The notes: a model not told the origin generated them from the sequence alone. Shown: positions 37,101-51,468, counted from the first letter of the stretch. The stretch: 64,000 bases of DNA from Malacoraja senta (GCA_038087875.1 CM075996.1:1924001-1988000); one strand, 5' to 3'. Numbers and translations are program-made.

Positions 37101-40100
37101 CAAAGGGAGTGCCCTTCAGCCCAGCTCATCCATACGACCAACAACCCCATCTATGCTAGGCCTACCTGCTGATATTCCACATACCTTTCCAAATGTCTTT
37201 AAAATTTGTTATTGTTCCTGCCTCAATTACTTCCTCTGGCAGCTTGTTCCATGTACCCACCATCCTCTGTGAGAAAAAGTTGTCCTTTGGGTTCCTATTA
37301 AATCTTTCCCTCTCACAAACCTATGTTTCTTGATTCCCCAAGCCTGGAAAAAAAGATTCCGTGCATCCACCCTATTTATTCCCCTCATGATTTTATACGC
37401 CTCGATAAGATCACCCCTTAGTCTCTGACACTGGAAGGAATAAAGTCCCATGGTAACCCTATAGTTCAGGCCCTCAAGTCCTGGCAACCTCCTCATAAAT
37501 GTTCCCTTTGTTCCATCTTAACGGCATATTTGCTAAAGCAAGGTGACCAAAACTGAAATCCTTGGCTTCCATGAGAGGCCACCATACATAATAGAAGTGA
37601 TGGAAGTATATAAACGTAAGAGGCATAGATAGGGTAGACAGTCAGAACCTTTTTCCCCAGGGTGCAAATAACAAAGACTAGAGGGCATAGATTTAAGGTG
37701 AGAGGGGCAAAGTTTAAAGGAAATGTGCGGGGAGCGTTTTGAACACAGAAGGCGGTGGGTACTTAGAATGCCCTGCTCGGGGTGGTGGTTGAGGCAGACA
37801 CCATAGTGTCATCTAGGTGGCTTTTAGTTAGGCATGTAGATATGCAGGGAATAGAAAGATATGGATCACGTGCAAATACAGGATAATAGGTTAACTTGGA
37901 ATCATGCTCAGCATGGGCATAGTGGGCTGAAGGGCTTGTTCCCATGCTCTATGTTCCATCAGGTTTGCTAACTTTACCCCTCTGAATTCACTGCCCCCTA
38001 GCCTATTGCAGATACCCTGGCTGGGTGTGACCAACCAGATATTCCCACTACCCTCAACCCCACAAGGAACAGGAGACCTTAAGGGCAGAGACCTGGTCGC
38101 GAGGTCAGCAATGGAGCCTGACCATCCAAGATCGGTGGGCCGATAGTTGACAGTGTGGCTACAACATTGAAAAGGCAGAATGATCACAGCAGCTCTCCTT
38201 CCAATTTCTCTTCCTTCGGCACAATGACACACTGCTTGGATTAAAGTTATTAACATTTATCAAGACGTGTCGGCCAGGCAATTTCTCTGTACCAATGAGA
38301 GGGAAGAGGCATTGATCATCGTGTCATAGCAATAAATTACTTGATAACACTCTGCCACTCAATACATGCTGCAGAGAGGATGCCAAGCAAAGATACACCG
38401 TCCCCTTATATGGAAACCCAGTATCTTTTCCATCTTAGGGATTACTCCCTCTCTCCAAACCATGGGGTTGGCTAATTCAAGATGGCCTCCATCCCACCCT
38501 GGGATTCACACTATGGAAACAAGAATCTCTGCACTGATGGTCACCAGAATGGGCTGAATAGTGGTGCAGCCGGTAGAGCCGCTGCCTCCCAGCATCAGAG
38601 ACCCGGGTTCAAACCTGACCTCGGGTGATGTCTGTGTGCTGTTTGCACGTTCTCCCTGTGACCGCCTAGATTTCTTTTGTATGCTCCGGTTTCCTCCCAC
38701 ATCCGAGAGGCATGTAGGTCGGAAGGTTAAACGGTCTCTGTAAACTACCACTGGTGTGTAGGCGAGGAGCAGAATGATGGGGATATGCAGGTTGGGAGGT
38801 TAATTGGCTGCTATTAATTGCCCCTGTTGTGAGGGTGAGGTGTAGAGTCTGGGGGAGTTTAATGGGAATGTGGATAGAATAAAATTAGTGTAAATAAGTG
38901 GGCTGAAGGACCTGTTTCAGCGCTGTATCTCTCTCTGTGACAATGCAGGTCTCAATGCGATTGCATGAAAACACGTACACACTAACACCTACACACATGC
39001 TCACCCTTTCACACAAACCATCTTACATACATGCACACACAGTAGGTTGGCACAGTGCCACAGCTGATAGTGTTGCTGCCTCACAGCACCAGGGACTACA
39101 ACCACCAGGTTCTTGAACCAACCTGTACAACCCTAATTCAACATCAACGATGTAGATGGATGTAGATTGAAGATCGGCTCCCTGGGGAACAAAGGACAGG
39201 CGAGGAGAGGAGAGGAAAGGGAAGTGAAGTCAGGATGGAGGCCCACAACAGCCTGGGACATGCCTGGAACAGGCACTACTCATAAGAACTAGAGCTTGGA
39301 CTTTGAACATGGCGCCAAAACATTGTTCCTCCTGCATGCGGCTCAGTAGATTATTCCTGTACACTTGCTAATCGGGGATATGGTGATACTCTACTGGACT
39401 GTAAGGAAAATGATTTCACTGTGATAATAATCAACAAAAAATGACAATAAAAATCACTATTCTTTTACCGAATTCTTACAAGGATAGTATGGCGCAACAG
39501 AAATTTGGATTTAAATCCAATTATGGGTTGGGTGAGGGGGGCGGGGGGGGGGGGGGGGGACGAGGGACGAGGGGCAGGTATATCTCCACTTTTTTCCTTT
39601 TTTTTCTTTTTCCTTTCATATCTTTATTCACTCTTTGGCCACACTACTTTGGTAGTCTAGGGGTCCTCTCTCTTCACTTTTTTCCCTTTCTTGTTCTTTC
39701 TTCTTTTCCCTCATTTTCAGGTTAAAAGGTCAAAATTGAAGCTGTACAATAATTGCATAATTTTACATGCTGAATGTTTTATTCTTGTACAATTGATTCT
39801 AATAAAAATATATGTTTTTAAAATTTATAAAAAGCACTGTTGACTACGGGCCACCTCTTGCCCCATCATGGAATTTTATTAATACTGTTTTTTTAAACCA
39901 CCTTTATAATGTTTTTACAGTGTTTTACAGAATTTCAGGTATAATTTATATTTTGTGTACCTGTGGTACTGTAGCAAGCAAGATTTTCATTGTACCTGTA
40001 GCCTACTGTATCTGCGCATATGATAATAAACTAGAAGACTTGAATTAGGAAGACATGATATAGAGCGATTAGATAATTAGATTGGAAACCTGCAATCTTC

Positions 40101-41732
40101 ACTCATTTTGACCTTCATCTGATACCTCTAGCCTTTGTCACTTACTCCATTCACTTGACAATCAACCTCAGGTGAGGGCCAATTAACCTCTAGACCCATT
40201 CATTCCCATCAACACTTCCCAGATTTTACCCCTCGCACACACTAAGGGCAATTTACAATGGCCAAATTACCTGCTGTCTTTTGGATGTGGGCGGAATCCG
40301 CAGCACCCAGAGGAAACCCACAAGGAGACCATGCAAACTCCGCACAAACAGTGGCGGGGGTCGGGACTGAGCCTGTGCCTCGGGTACTATGAGGCAGTGG
40401 CACTACCTGTTCTGCCACTGTGTGAGGGATTGACAGGCTAGATGCTGAGAAGCTGGGGGACTGCAGCCAACACCTCTGGATAATAACCTCGGTTTACGCC
40501 TGCTTGAGTGCCCTAAAACTGACTCTTCATCACCATCCCTTCCACCACCCTCTATCACTATCTTCTAAGCTTTGGGGAAGAATATCAAATGCCATTATGT
40601 CCGCTTGTACACTAGGTTAGGTTTTACGATTATCTTCCACATGTCCCTGAACAGAATTTTTTTATTGTGTAAGTTATAACTGCGCCTGAATATTTAATAT
40701 TTGCCCCTGACAGATGCTAAATTATCAGTCTCATCTAAAGAGCTCTTGAGGTTTGTGTGAGTAGAAGATGGAACACAGTGAACTTGTCACAGATGTACTT
40801 CTGGGACTGTATGAGACCACATTTATATGACTGACTGGCTGTTATGAGTACACTAACTGGTTGCATCACAGCCTGGTTCAGTAACTCGAACACACAGGGA
40901 TGTAAGAGATTACAGGGAATGGTGGACACTGCCCGGTCCATCAAGGGTACTAACCTCCCCACCATCGAAGGGATCCATAGCAGGCGTTACCTAAAAGAGG
41001 CAGCCAGCATCATCAGAGACCCACACCACCCTGGCCACGCTCTCATCTCCCTGCTACCATTGGGAAGAAGGTAAAGGAGCCTGAAAACCGTGACCTCCAG
41101 GTTCATGAACAACCATCCAGTACTTGAAAACTGCACAACAGTAATCTCAGCGACTGATGTACTATGGATTGTGTTTAGTTTAGTGTAGAGATAGAGACCG
41201 GAAACTGGTCCACCTCCTCAGGCGGCTAGTTCTAGATATCAACCACTCTCTGTGCAAAATAGTTTCCCCTCAAATCCCCTTTCTCTCACAGATGGTTGTG
41301 GGGGCCAAGTCATCAGGTATTTTTAAGGCGGAGATTGACAAATTCTTGATTCGTGCGGGTGTCAAGAGTTATGGGGAGAAGGCAGGGGGGTGGGGTTGAG
41401 AGGGAAAGATAGATCAGCCACGATTGAGTGGTGGAGCAGACTCGATGGGCCGAATGGTCTACTTCTGCTCCTGTGACTTTTGAACCTGTAGGCCTTCCTG
41501 TTTTTGAACACCTACCAGTGGTAGAGGGTATGTCGCCCCACTATATACCTTGTATAATTATATATACCTCCATCAAGTCACCTCTCAGCCGTCTTCGCTG
41601 CTGGGAAAATAAGCCCAACCTTTCAATCTGTCCCCTTAACTAAAGTCCTGTAATCCAGGCTAAATCCTGGTGCATCTCCTCCATACACTTTCCAGTGCAA
41701 TCACAGTAGCAACTTAACCTTCTACTGTATGT

Positions 41733-42175
41733 GTAAGAAGGAACTGCAGATTCTGCTTTAAACAAGATAGTCACAACAAGTTGGAGTAACTCAGCGGGTC
41801 AAACAGCATCTCGAGATAAAAGGAATAGGGGAGGTTTCGGGTCGAGACCCTTCTTCAGAGTGAGAGTAAGGGGAAAGGGAAACGAGAGATATAGACGGTG
41901 ATGTAGAGAGATATGGAAGGATATCTCTCTGACGAGAGTTCTGTAACATCCACTCTCGCTGCTCCCCCTCTGTGATTCCTCCTGTTCCCCGACTCCAAGA
42001 CTTTTTTTGCATATCTTTAATTAATTTGTTCTACATCTCTCTACATCACCGTCTACATCTCGTTTCCCTTTCCCCTGACTGAAGAAGGGTCTCGACCCGA
42101 AACGTCACCTATTTCTTTTCTCCAGAGATGCTGTCTAACCCGCTGAGTTACTTACTCCAGCTTTGTGTGTCTATC
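41733..42175. mobile_element. Penelope-derived palindromic element (representative of a large family)
   Basis: Inverted arms GGAGTAACTCAGCGGG...CAGCATCTC...TTTCGGGTCGAGACCCTTCTTCAG. Related copies at about 745, 2497, 3350, 5030, 12265, 13627, 16090, 17232, 22385, 22717, 25855, 32270, 33940, 36255, 43120, 47750, 52655, 53820 and 56240. Confidence 0.75.
42079..42106 (+). ncRNA. Minimal hammerhead ribozyme core
   Basis: CTGAAGA-A-GGGTC-TC-GACCC-GAAAC-GTC: both conserved core boxes, stem II, palindromic ACGT helix III and a GUC site. Confidence 0.6.
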
Positions 42176-45100
42176 CCAATGACTATATTTTGCGACCTAA
42201 TCATGGGGAGATGATATGGCGGGAGGGAATGGGTAATGGGTCAAGGAAAGAGTTTAGGGTTGACAGGCAAGTGGAGCCAAAGGAATGCAACGTTGCACAC
42301 AGAGTGAGAAATCAGGAGGTGGAGATGAAACTAGACTGTGGGTTAAATAACACAGAGGTTGCCACCGCTAATTGGCACTTTATCAGGAATTAATCAGGAA
42401 GGTTTTTCACCATTACACCAATTCATTCTGCTGAAGGAATTAGATTTTGTGAAATTAGTATGTTGTGTGTCAATTTGCCAAGCACCTTCCCTGGAGTCTG
42501 GCTGAAGCAGTTCTATGCTTCTCTGAAGCTTGATAAAACGACTCCAACACCTGCCATCAGCACACGACAGCGTGATTGCTGTTTTAAACACAAAAAATAA
42601 AATTACATTTTTGCAGCCATGTTATAGTGTGAGGGAGGAGCAGCAGATTGAACCCGGTCTCTGACCACTGCAGGATACAGTGCTGGTGATATCGAAACAC
42701 GTCAGAGGCAGGGATTGGGGAAAGGAAAAGAGTTGTGGTGAAGGGTCATGATTTAACGTAACTGTGTTATCAGTCATATAAAGATCCAATAACATAGTCA
42801 TAGAGCTGGACGTCCCAGAAACAGTCATAAGGCCATGTGATAGGAGCAGAATTAGGCCATTAGGCTTATCAAGTCTACTTCGCCATTTAATCATGGCTGA
42901 TCTATCTTTCCCTCCTAACCCCATCCTCCTGCCTTCTCCCCATAACCCCTGACACCCCATAGTCCACATTTTCCATGCTGACCAAGTTGGCTTACTAGTT
43001 TCATTTGCCTACATTTGTCCCATATTCTTCTAAACCCTTCCTATCCATTCATCCGTTCAAAGGTCTTTTAAAAGTCGTATTAGTATCTGCTTCTATAGTT
43101 TCCCCCTCAGCTGATGGAACTGCGGGTTTAATGCTGGTTTAAACCGAAGATAGACAAAAAATGCTGGCGTAACTCAGCGGGACAGGCAGCATCTCTGGAG
43201 AGAAGGAATGGGTGACGTTTCAGGTCGAGACCCTTCTTCGGATCTATGCAATAGATTCTTGTTCCGCTGTGAAAGAGATGGAAACGCAAGGCAAGACCAG
43301 TGCTTGATGGAAATTATGACACAGATGGACAGAACAATGAAGGATACATTGGTGTACTTGGCTTCATAGGTCATGGCATTGAGTATATGAGTTGAGGATA
43401 GTAGGGCAATAAATAGTGTTTGACTGGTCGATGGTCAGCATAGGCTCAGTGGGCCGAAGGACCTGTTTTCACACAATCTCTCTAAACTATTAACGCAAGT
43501 CAAATGAATCACAGCAACTAAAGCATCCACTGCACCTAATTTTATGAGTCTGAGCCATCAGATCCCAGGGACTTCACAGCCTGGGTCTCTGGCGCTGTAA
43601 GGCAGCAACTCTACCACTGCGCCACCATGCCACCCCTATAATGCGGAAACAGGCCCTTTGAGTTTAATTTATTGTCACGTGTACAGAGGTACAGTGAAAA
43701 GCTGTTTTTTAGTTTAGTTTAGTTTAGAGATACAGTGCGGAAACAGGCCCTTCGGCCCACGGAGTCCACACAGACCAGCGATCCCCGCACATTAACACTA
43801 CCCTACACACACCAGGAACAATTTGCATTTATACCAAGACAATTAACCTACAAACCTGTACGTCTTTGGAGTGTGGGAGGAAACCGAAGCTCTCGGAGTA
43901 AATCCACGTGGAGAACGGACAAACTCGGGACAGACAAGCACCCGTGGTCAGCATCGAACCCGGGTCTCTGGTGCTGTAAGGCAGCAACTCTACCGCTGCG
44001 CCACCGTGCTGCCCTAATAGTTCAAGAAGACCATTGACCATCGGCGCCTCAAGGGCAACAAACGAAGGCAGTAAATGAGAACCTTGCAAGTGACATTCAT
44101 TTTCCGTAAATGAATGAAACAGCAAGCGACCAGAATTAATCAGAGTGAGCCTTCACCATTACGCTAATTCATTCTGCTGATGAAATTAGGTTTCTAGAAA
44201 TGAGTGTGTTACGTGTTAATTTCCCAATCTTCTTCCCTGGAGTCAGACATAATTATATTAACATCTCTCCAAAACTTTATAAAATGACTCGAACACCCAC
44301 TGACGTTATTTGACACCAAAATTGCCTTGCTGAAACATAGAAGCTTATGTTTTACAATCGTTGTTTACCAGTTTTCAAAAGCCCCATGGGATCATTCACA
44401 GAGGAGCATGCTGACATTCATTGCCACACCAACCAATACCTGACCCATAACTAACATTACTGGGGGGCATAGCTGGTAGAGCTGCTGCCTCACAGCTTTG
44501 ATCCTGACCGCGGTTGCTGTCTGTACGGAGTTTGTACGTTCTCCCTGTGACCGCATGGGTTTCCTCCAGGTGCTCTGCTTTCCTCCCACATCCCAGAGAC
44601 TTGTGGGTTGGCAGCTTTATTGGCCACTATAACTCACCCTAAGTCTTTGAAGGTGAATTGATGGGAAAATTAGGAGAATATAATGGGATGTGTTTAAATG
44701 GGTAGTTAATAGTCATCATGGACTCAGTGGGTGAAAGGACTTGATTCTGTTCTTGATAACCCTGTGGAGACTCTCTTCATTATTAAAGCAAAATGTTGGG
44801 TCCCTCAGAATACTTTCCAATAACTTTCTGACCACTGGCCTGTAGTTATCAGGCTTTTTCCTGCAGCCCTTCTTGAATAGAGGCACAACATTTGTCACCC
44901 TCCAGTCTTCCGGCACCTCACCCCGTATTTAATGACGACACATAATTCTCAGCCAAGGCACCTGTAATTTCCTCTCTAGCTTCCCACAGTGTCCTCGGAT
45001 CAGGCCTGGGAGATTTGCCTACCTGCATACGTGTCAGGACCTTCTGCACCTCCTTGACCGTAATGCTGACTGCTCTCAAGACACTTCCATTGACTGCCCC

Positions 45101-47904
45101 AAGTTCCTAGGTCCTCGCGACTCTCTCCACGTTAAAAACAGAGGAGAAATATTCATTGAGGACCTTAACCATCACCTGAGGCTCCACGAAGAGTTGACCG
45201 CTTGGATTCCTGAGAAGTTCCATTCCATCACCGGTAACCCTTTTTCCCTTTATGTATTGTATTCATAACATCTCATGGGATTATCCTTAATGTTATCTGC
45301 CAGAGCCATCTCCTGTACCCCTTTTGCCCTCCTGATTTCCTTATTTTAGATTCCATGTAGCCATAATCATTCAATATATGAGTGTTCGGGTTAGTGCTAT
45401 AGGATGAGTAATGATGGTTTTAGTTTTCAGTTTTAGAGATACAGCCCTTAGGCCCACCGAGTCTACACTGACCGTCGATCACCTGTACACACTAGTTCTA
45501 TGTTATCCCACTTTCTTTCTACTGCCTACAACTCACTCGGGACAACTCACAGAGGGCCAATTAACCAACAAACCCGCACATCTTTATGATGTGGGAGGAA
45601 ACTGGAGCACCTGGAGGAAACCCAGGGAGAACACGCAAACTCCACACAGACAGCAGCTGAGGACAGGATCTAAGCAGGGTCTCTGGCGCTGTGAGGCAGC
45701 AGCTCTACCCGCTGCACCACTGTGCCGACCATAACGCGAAAGAAAAATCAGGCAGGTTTCGGTCTCTTCCCTCAGTTCTACTTGTTGTAATGCTGAGTGG
45801 TTGCGTTTGGCCAGTTGGAGAGGGGCACTTGAACCTGAAGTGGACAAGTCATCTTTTACCCAGGTGGGCGGACAAGATGGATTTGCACCTCCAGCAAGAG
45901 CTATTAGGCTTGCTCTCCGCCAGGCAGAGGAGATTGCAGAGCCTTCGTCTCTCCTCCCAGCCAGGACCAAGGACTGCGCATCAGAACAGTGTACGCTGCA
46001 GTGGCCGTGACAATTCCTACCACAGGCAGCTGTGGAAATTAGATCGAGTTAATGATCTGCAATTTGCAAAAACAACAGCAAGTCTCAGAATTGATAACTG
46101 AAATAGTAACAGATTGTTGGGAAAATCCAGCTGGTTCAGTAATGTTCTTCAGGGAAAATATTCTGTCGCCTGGCTGCGATCAGACTCCAGATCCATCAAT
46201 ATGATGTGCTCTAAAATGTCCCGCGATTTGGCCTTGCTGCTACTCAGTGCTGGCATCGCCTTCACAAGATGTCTCCACTGTCTTCTCAAAAGACAAGCGC
46301 GATGGAGAATTAACAGCTGATCTTGTTTGTCATACCCTGGTTCTCAAAAGTGTGTGTGTGTGTGCGTGCGTTTGAGTGCGCGCGTGTGTATGTGTTGGTA
46401 TGTGTGTCCATAACTTCATAAGCTGTAGGAGCAGAATTAGGCCATTCGGCCCATCAAGACTACTCTGCCGTTCAATCATGGCTGATCTATCTCTCCCTCT
46501 CAACCCCATTCTCCCACCTTTCTCCCCATAACCCTTGACACCTTTACTAATTAAGAAGCTATCAATCTTCACCTTACAAATATCCGTTGACCCAGTGTGC
46601 ACGAGTGTGTGTGTATACGTGTGCTTGCGTACGTGTGCATGATAAAGTCATAGTCTTACAGTACAGAAACAGGCCCTTCCGCTCACCCATGCCCAAGTAA
46701 TCTAAGCTATTTCCATTTGCCCTTATTTGGCCCATGTCCCTCTAAACCTTGTGTTTTAAATGTTGTTAAAGTGCCTGCCTCAACTACCTCCTCTGGCATC
46801 TCATTCCACATACCCACCACCCCCTGTGTGCAAAAGTTGTCCCTCAGGTTCCAACTAAATCTTTCCCCTCTCACCTTAAACCTGTGCCCTCATCTTTCCC
46901 CTCTCACCTTAAATCTTGTTCCTCATCCTGGGTAAAAGTCTCTGTGCATCTATTCCCCTCATGATTTTATACACCTTGATTAGTACGGGTGTCAAGGGTT
47001 ACGGGGAGAAGGCAGGAGAATGGGGTCAGGAAGGAGAGATGGATCAGCCATGACTGAATGGCGGAGTAGACTTGATGGGCCGAATGGCCTAATTCTGCTC
47101 CTATCACTTATGAACCTGTAAAAGGTGTGTGTGTGTGTGTTTAGTTAAGTCTAGTTTAGTTTAGTCTAGCTTAGTTTAGTTTAGAGATAGAGCAAATGGG
47201 ACTGGCTTAGTTGGGACATCTTGGTCGGCATGGCTTTGTTGGACCACTGTTTCTGTACTGTATGGCTCAATGACTTAGATCCATTCTCTATATCATCACT
47301 GTTCTGGTTTGCTTCCATGTCCCAAAGACATGCTGGTATCTTAATTAACAACTACACGGCAGGTTAATAGGAAAAAGAATGAAATGGGCACTTGTGAGGA
47401 AGAACAAGTTGCAGCATTGTAAGGAACAGCTTTGTAAAACATTAGCTAGGGCACAGTTGGAGTGCTGCATGCAGTTCTGGTGGCCGAATTATTGGCTTCA
47501 TGAGTAACAGCCAACTTGGAAGTTGTCGCAGCAAAACACAAAGAGCTGGGGATAGACATTATACAATAGGGAATAGGTGCAGGAGTAGGCCATTCGGCCC
47601 TTCGAGCCAGCACCTTCGATACTCAGCAGGTCGGGCAGCATCAGTGGAGGGAATGGGCAGACGATATTTCCGGTTCTTCTGGACTAAAAGAGGAGGGGAA
47701 ATGGCCAGTGTAAAGGAATGGAAATTATTACAGTCACTTTGATAGGGAAGGAAGATAGACACAAAATGCTGGAGTAACTCAGACTGAAGAAGGGTCTCGA
47801 CCCGAAACCTCTTCTCTCCAGAGATGCTGCCTGTCCCGCTGAGTTACTCCAACATTTTGTGTCTATCTTCGATTTAACCAGCATCTGCAGTTCCTTCCTA
47901 CATA

Positions 47905-48850
47905 TTTTGATAAGGAAGGACTTGGATAGTAAATGGTAGAGCTCTGGAGAGTGTTGCAGAACAGAGAGATCTGGGAATACAGGTGCATCATTCCCTGAAC
48001 GTGGTGAGTCAGGTGGACAGGGTGGTGAAGAAGGTGTTTGGCACGCTTGCCTTCATTGGGAAGGGTACTGAGTACAAATGTCATATGCGGAGAGAATGGA
48101 GCAGCTGGGCTTGTACACTCTGGAGTTTAGATGGATGAGAGGGGTTCTCATTGAAACATGTAAGATTGTTAAGGGCTTGGACACGCTAGAAGCAGGAAAC
48201 ATGTTCCCGATGTTGGGGGAGTCCAGAACCAGGGGCCACAGTTTAAGAATAAGGAGTAAGCCATTTAGAACGGAGACGAGGAAACACTTTTTCTCACAGA
48301 GAGTGGTGAGTCTGTGGAATTCTCTGCCTCAGAGGGTGGTGGAGGCCGGTTCTCTGGATGCTTTCAAGAGAGAGCTAGATAGGGCTCTTAAAGATAGGGG
48401 ATATGGGGAGAAGGCAGGAACGGGGTATTGATTGGGGATGATCAGCCATGATCACATTGAATGGCGGTGCTGGCTCGAAGGGCCGAATGGCCAACTCCTG
48501 CACCTATTGTCTATTGTCTATTGTCTAAATGTTGCACCATGATGCATCTGAACAAGTCGATGGTGAGACCACACTTGGAGCACCGTGTGCAGGTCAGGTC
48601 GCCCAGCTACAGGAAGGATGTCATTTGGTTGGAAAGGGTGCCGAAGAGATTCACCAACCAGCATGTTACCTGGGCTGGCCGGGCTGAAGTTACAGGGAGA
48701 GATTGGATAGGCTGGGACTTTTTATTTAAGAGGGTAGGAGGCTGAGGGCTGACCTTATTGAAAAGAGATCATGAGGGGCACGGATAAAGTGTTTTCCAAC
48801 GGGAGAGTGTACTAAAACTAGAGGGCATAGGTTTAAGGTGAGAGGGTTAT
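47905..48850 (+). mobile_element. CR1 LINE 3' fragments (representative, nested)
   Basis: LGLYTLEF..RG.LIE..K..KG...TRGHS...FFSQRVVSLWNSLP. Similar pieces at about 3150, 19230, 20230, 20840, 22300, 24404, 26560, 27370, 34530, 35510, 37080, 44770, 46410, 49685, 54295, 58100 and 59115. Confidence 0.88.
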
Positions 48851-50138
48851 TCATGTGGAACAGTGGCTGAAATGACCATTTATATCTGAAAATTGAAAAT
48901 ATTGGAAAGTGTAAATCTCTCTGTCATTCACACCCACTCAAACCATCAACACATTCAGTGCAAATAATCACAGACATGTCATAAGCAAGCAAAACATAAA
49001 GTGCTGGAGGAACTCATCGGGTCAAGCATCATCTGTGTAGGGAATGGACAGATGACTTTTCAGGCAAGGACACCCATCGCTCTTTTCCAGCTTTCCTCCC
49101 GCCCTACTGGGAAGAAACTGTCCCTGAATCTGGAGGTGTGCGTTTTCACACTTCTGTACCTCTTGCCTGATGGGAGAGGGGAGAAGAGGGAGAGGCCGGG
49201 GTGAGACTGGTCCTTGATTATGCTGCTGGCCTTGCCGAGGCAGCGTGAGGTGAAGATGGAGTCAATGGGGAGGGAGGTTGGTTTGTGTGATGGTCTGGGC
49301 TGCGTCCACAATTCGCTGCGATTTCTCACTCCTCGCCTCTCCCCCTCTGCCTGTTGATTAATGGTACACCGTTTTGTAGCTAAATAATTTGCACCGTGGG
49401 AGTGCGAGAGAGAAAGGGAGAGCAACTGAGGATTAATTTACTGTTCCCTATGAATGACACATCACCCAATCGGGAATGCAGAGAGAGTGTCGGAGCTAAT
49501 AGAAGTGAAATGGAACTTGTTCAGAGGTGAAATTCCAATCACACATCACACCGCATTACAACAAGGCTGAAAGGAGAGATTATTGGTGTCCCATGACAAT
49601 CAGGTCATTGAAACCTTTTAAAATGGTAGTCTTCCCATTATATGCACACAGTGATACATCCTTTAGCACCTCACCTGTAACACATAACATATGATGAGCG
49701 TTTGACAGCACTGGGCCTGTACTCGCTGGAGTTTAGAAGGATGAGGGGAACCTCATTGAAACTTACCGGATAGTGAAAGGCCTGGATAGAGTGGATGTGG
49801 AGAGGATGTTTCCACTAGTGTAACCTTTCCAAGTTACGGTATCTACCTGCCCCCTATCCATGTTCATAAGGTCAAAAGTGATAGGAGCAGAATTTGACCA
49901 TTTGGCCCATCATGTCTGTTTCACCATTCAATCATGGCTGATCTATCTCTCCCCCTAACCCCATTCTCCTGCCTTTTTCCCATAACCCCTGACACCTGTA
50001 CTAATCAATAATCTATCTATCTCTATCTTTAACATATCCATTGACTTGGCCTCCACTGCCTTCTGTGGCAAAGAGTTCCACAGATTCACCACCCTCTGGC
50101 TGAAGAAATTCCTCCTCCTCTCATTCCTGAAGGAACGT

Positions 50139-50303
50139 CCTTTAATTCTGAGGCTTTGACCTCTAGTCCTAAAGTCCTTTAATCTGAAGCTATGACTTCT
50201 AGTCCTAGACTCCTTTAATTCTGAAGCTATGACCTCTAGTCCTAGACTCCTTTAATTCTGAAGCTATGACCTCTAGTCGTAGACGCCTTTAATTCTGAGG
50301 CTA
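50139..50303. repeat. ~37-bp tandem repeat derived from CR1, about 4.5 copies
   Basis: Unit CCTTTAATTCTGAAGCTATGACCTCTAGTCCTAGACT. Confidence 0.88.
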
Positions 50304-51038
50304 ACAGATTTAAGGTATATGGGGAGAAAGCAGGAATGGGGGTAGTGATCTTGGATTGTACAGATTTTGTGTCTATCTTCGGTGTAAACCAGCATCTGCA
50401 GTTCCTTCCCAGACATTGGTGACTCTGGTGATGCTGGCTGCCTTTGTGAGGCAGTGCCTCCTGTCGACCCCTTCGTACCAACCTGCAAATGGCACCTTAC
50501 CAATGATGTCCACGTCTCATGGATTAACAAAAGAAAACCTGTGCTTCGTAAATGTGTGCCTGAATGTATTGTATTTATAGTCAAGTAGATGCAGATGCGC
50601 GGCCTATCTGGGACAGTGCAAAGAGGCACAAGGGGATATTTGGCAGGTGTGGAGAGGTGTCTCAGTGTAGCTGAGCCTTGTAGGAAACAGAGAGATAAGA
50701 GAACAATGAGTTCTATATTTTGCTCTCAAACGGCAGGAAGGTTTTCCTCCGCATAGCATTTAATCTTTGTAAGCATATTTTCATACAACATGGCATTAAT
50801 ATTTTACACTGGTTACACAGCATGTTAATGATGCAAAAGTCATGTTACAGCTTAACTTTCCACAGTAGGAAATTTCTACCCTGCTTTTTTTTGTGGTGGT
50901 TCAGTTTGGAGATACAGCAGCATGGAAAATGGCCCTTCGGCCCACCGGTTCCACGCCGACCATCGATCACCCGCTCACACTATTTCTATGTTATCCCACT
51001 TTCTCATCCACTCCCTACACACTAGGGGGCAAGTTACA

Positions 51039-51468
51039 TTCATTCATTCATTCATAATCGTTGAAAACATTAGCGACGCAGTGGTGCTGGTTTCCGGCGG
51101 GAACGGTGACGGACGTACCACACATCTCTGTCCTCCAGTTGCTGCGGACTTCCGCCGCTGGAAGTATAGGATGTTGGTGTGTGTGTGTGTGTGTGTTTTA
51201 TCATCGTTCCTTACAACGCCGTGTACGACAGTGACCGCAACTTCGACTGAAGTGTGGATGGCCGGACATTGGCTCGCTAGGAGCTCATCCATCCGCCCTT
51301 TGACAGGCCTTGTTTTTGGTCTAGCTGGGGGTCCACAGCCCCCTCCTCACCTGGCAAACCAGGTGGGGGAGACGGGTTAGTCGTCGACTATCCGACCATG
51401 GAGCAGGTAGCACGGGATTACATGGTACCCGCGGTGGGATGAACCCCCCCCCCCCCGACATGACCTGT
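51039..51468 (-). mobile_element. Internally deleted RTE-like retroposon inserted into a SINE
   Basis: (GAAT)n tail; 3' part reads EDRDVWYVRHRSRRKPAPLRR*, like an RTE ORF end; structured GC-rich 5' part; approximate TSD GTTACA/GTTATA. Confidence 0.55.
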
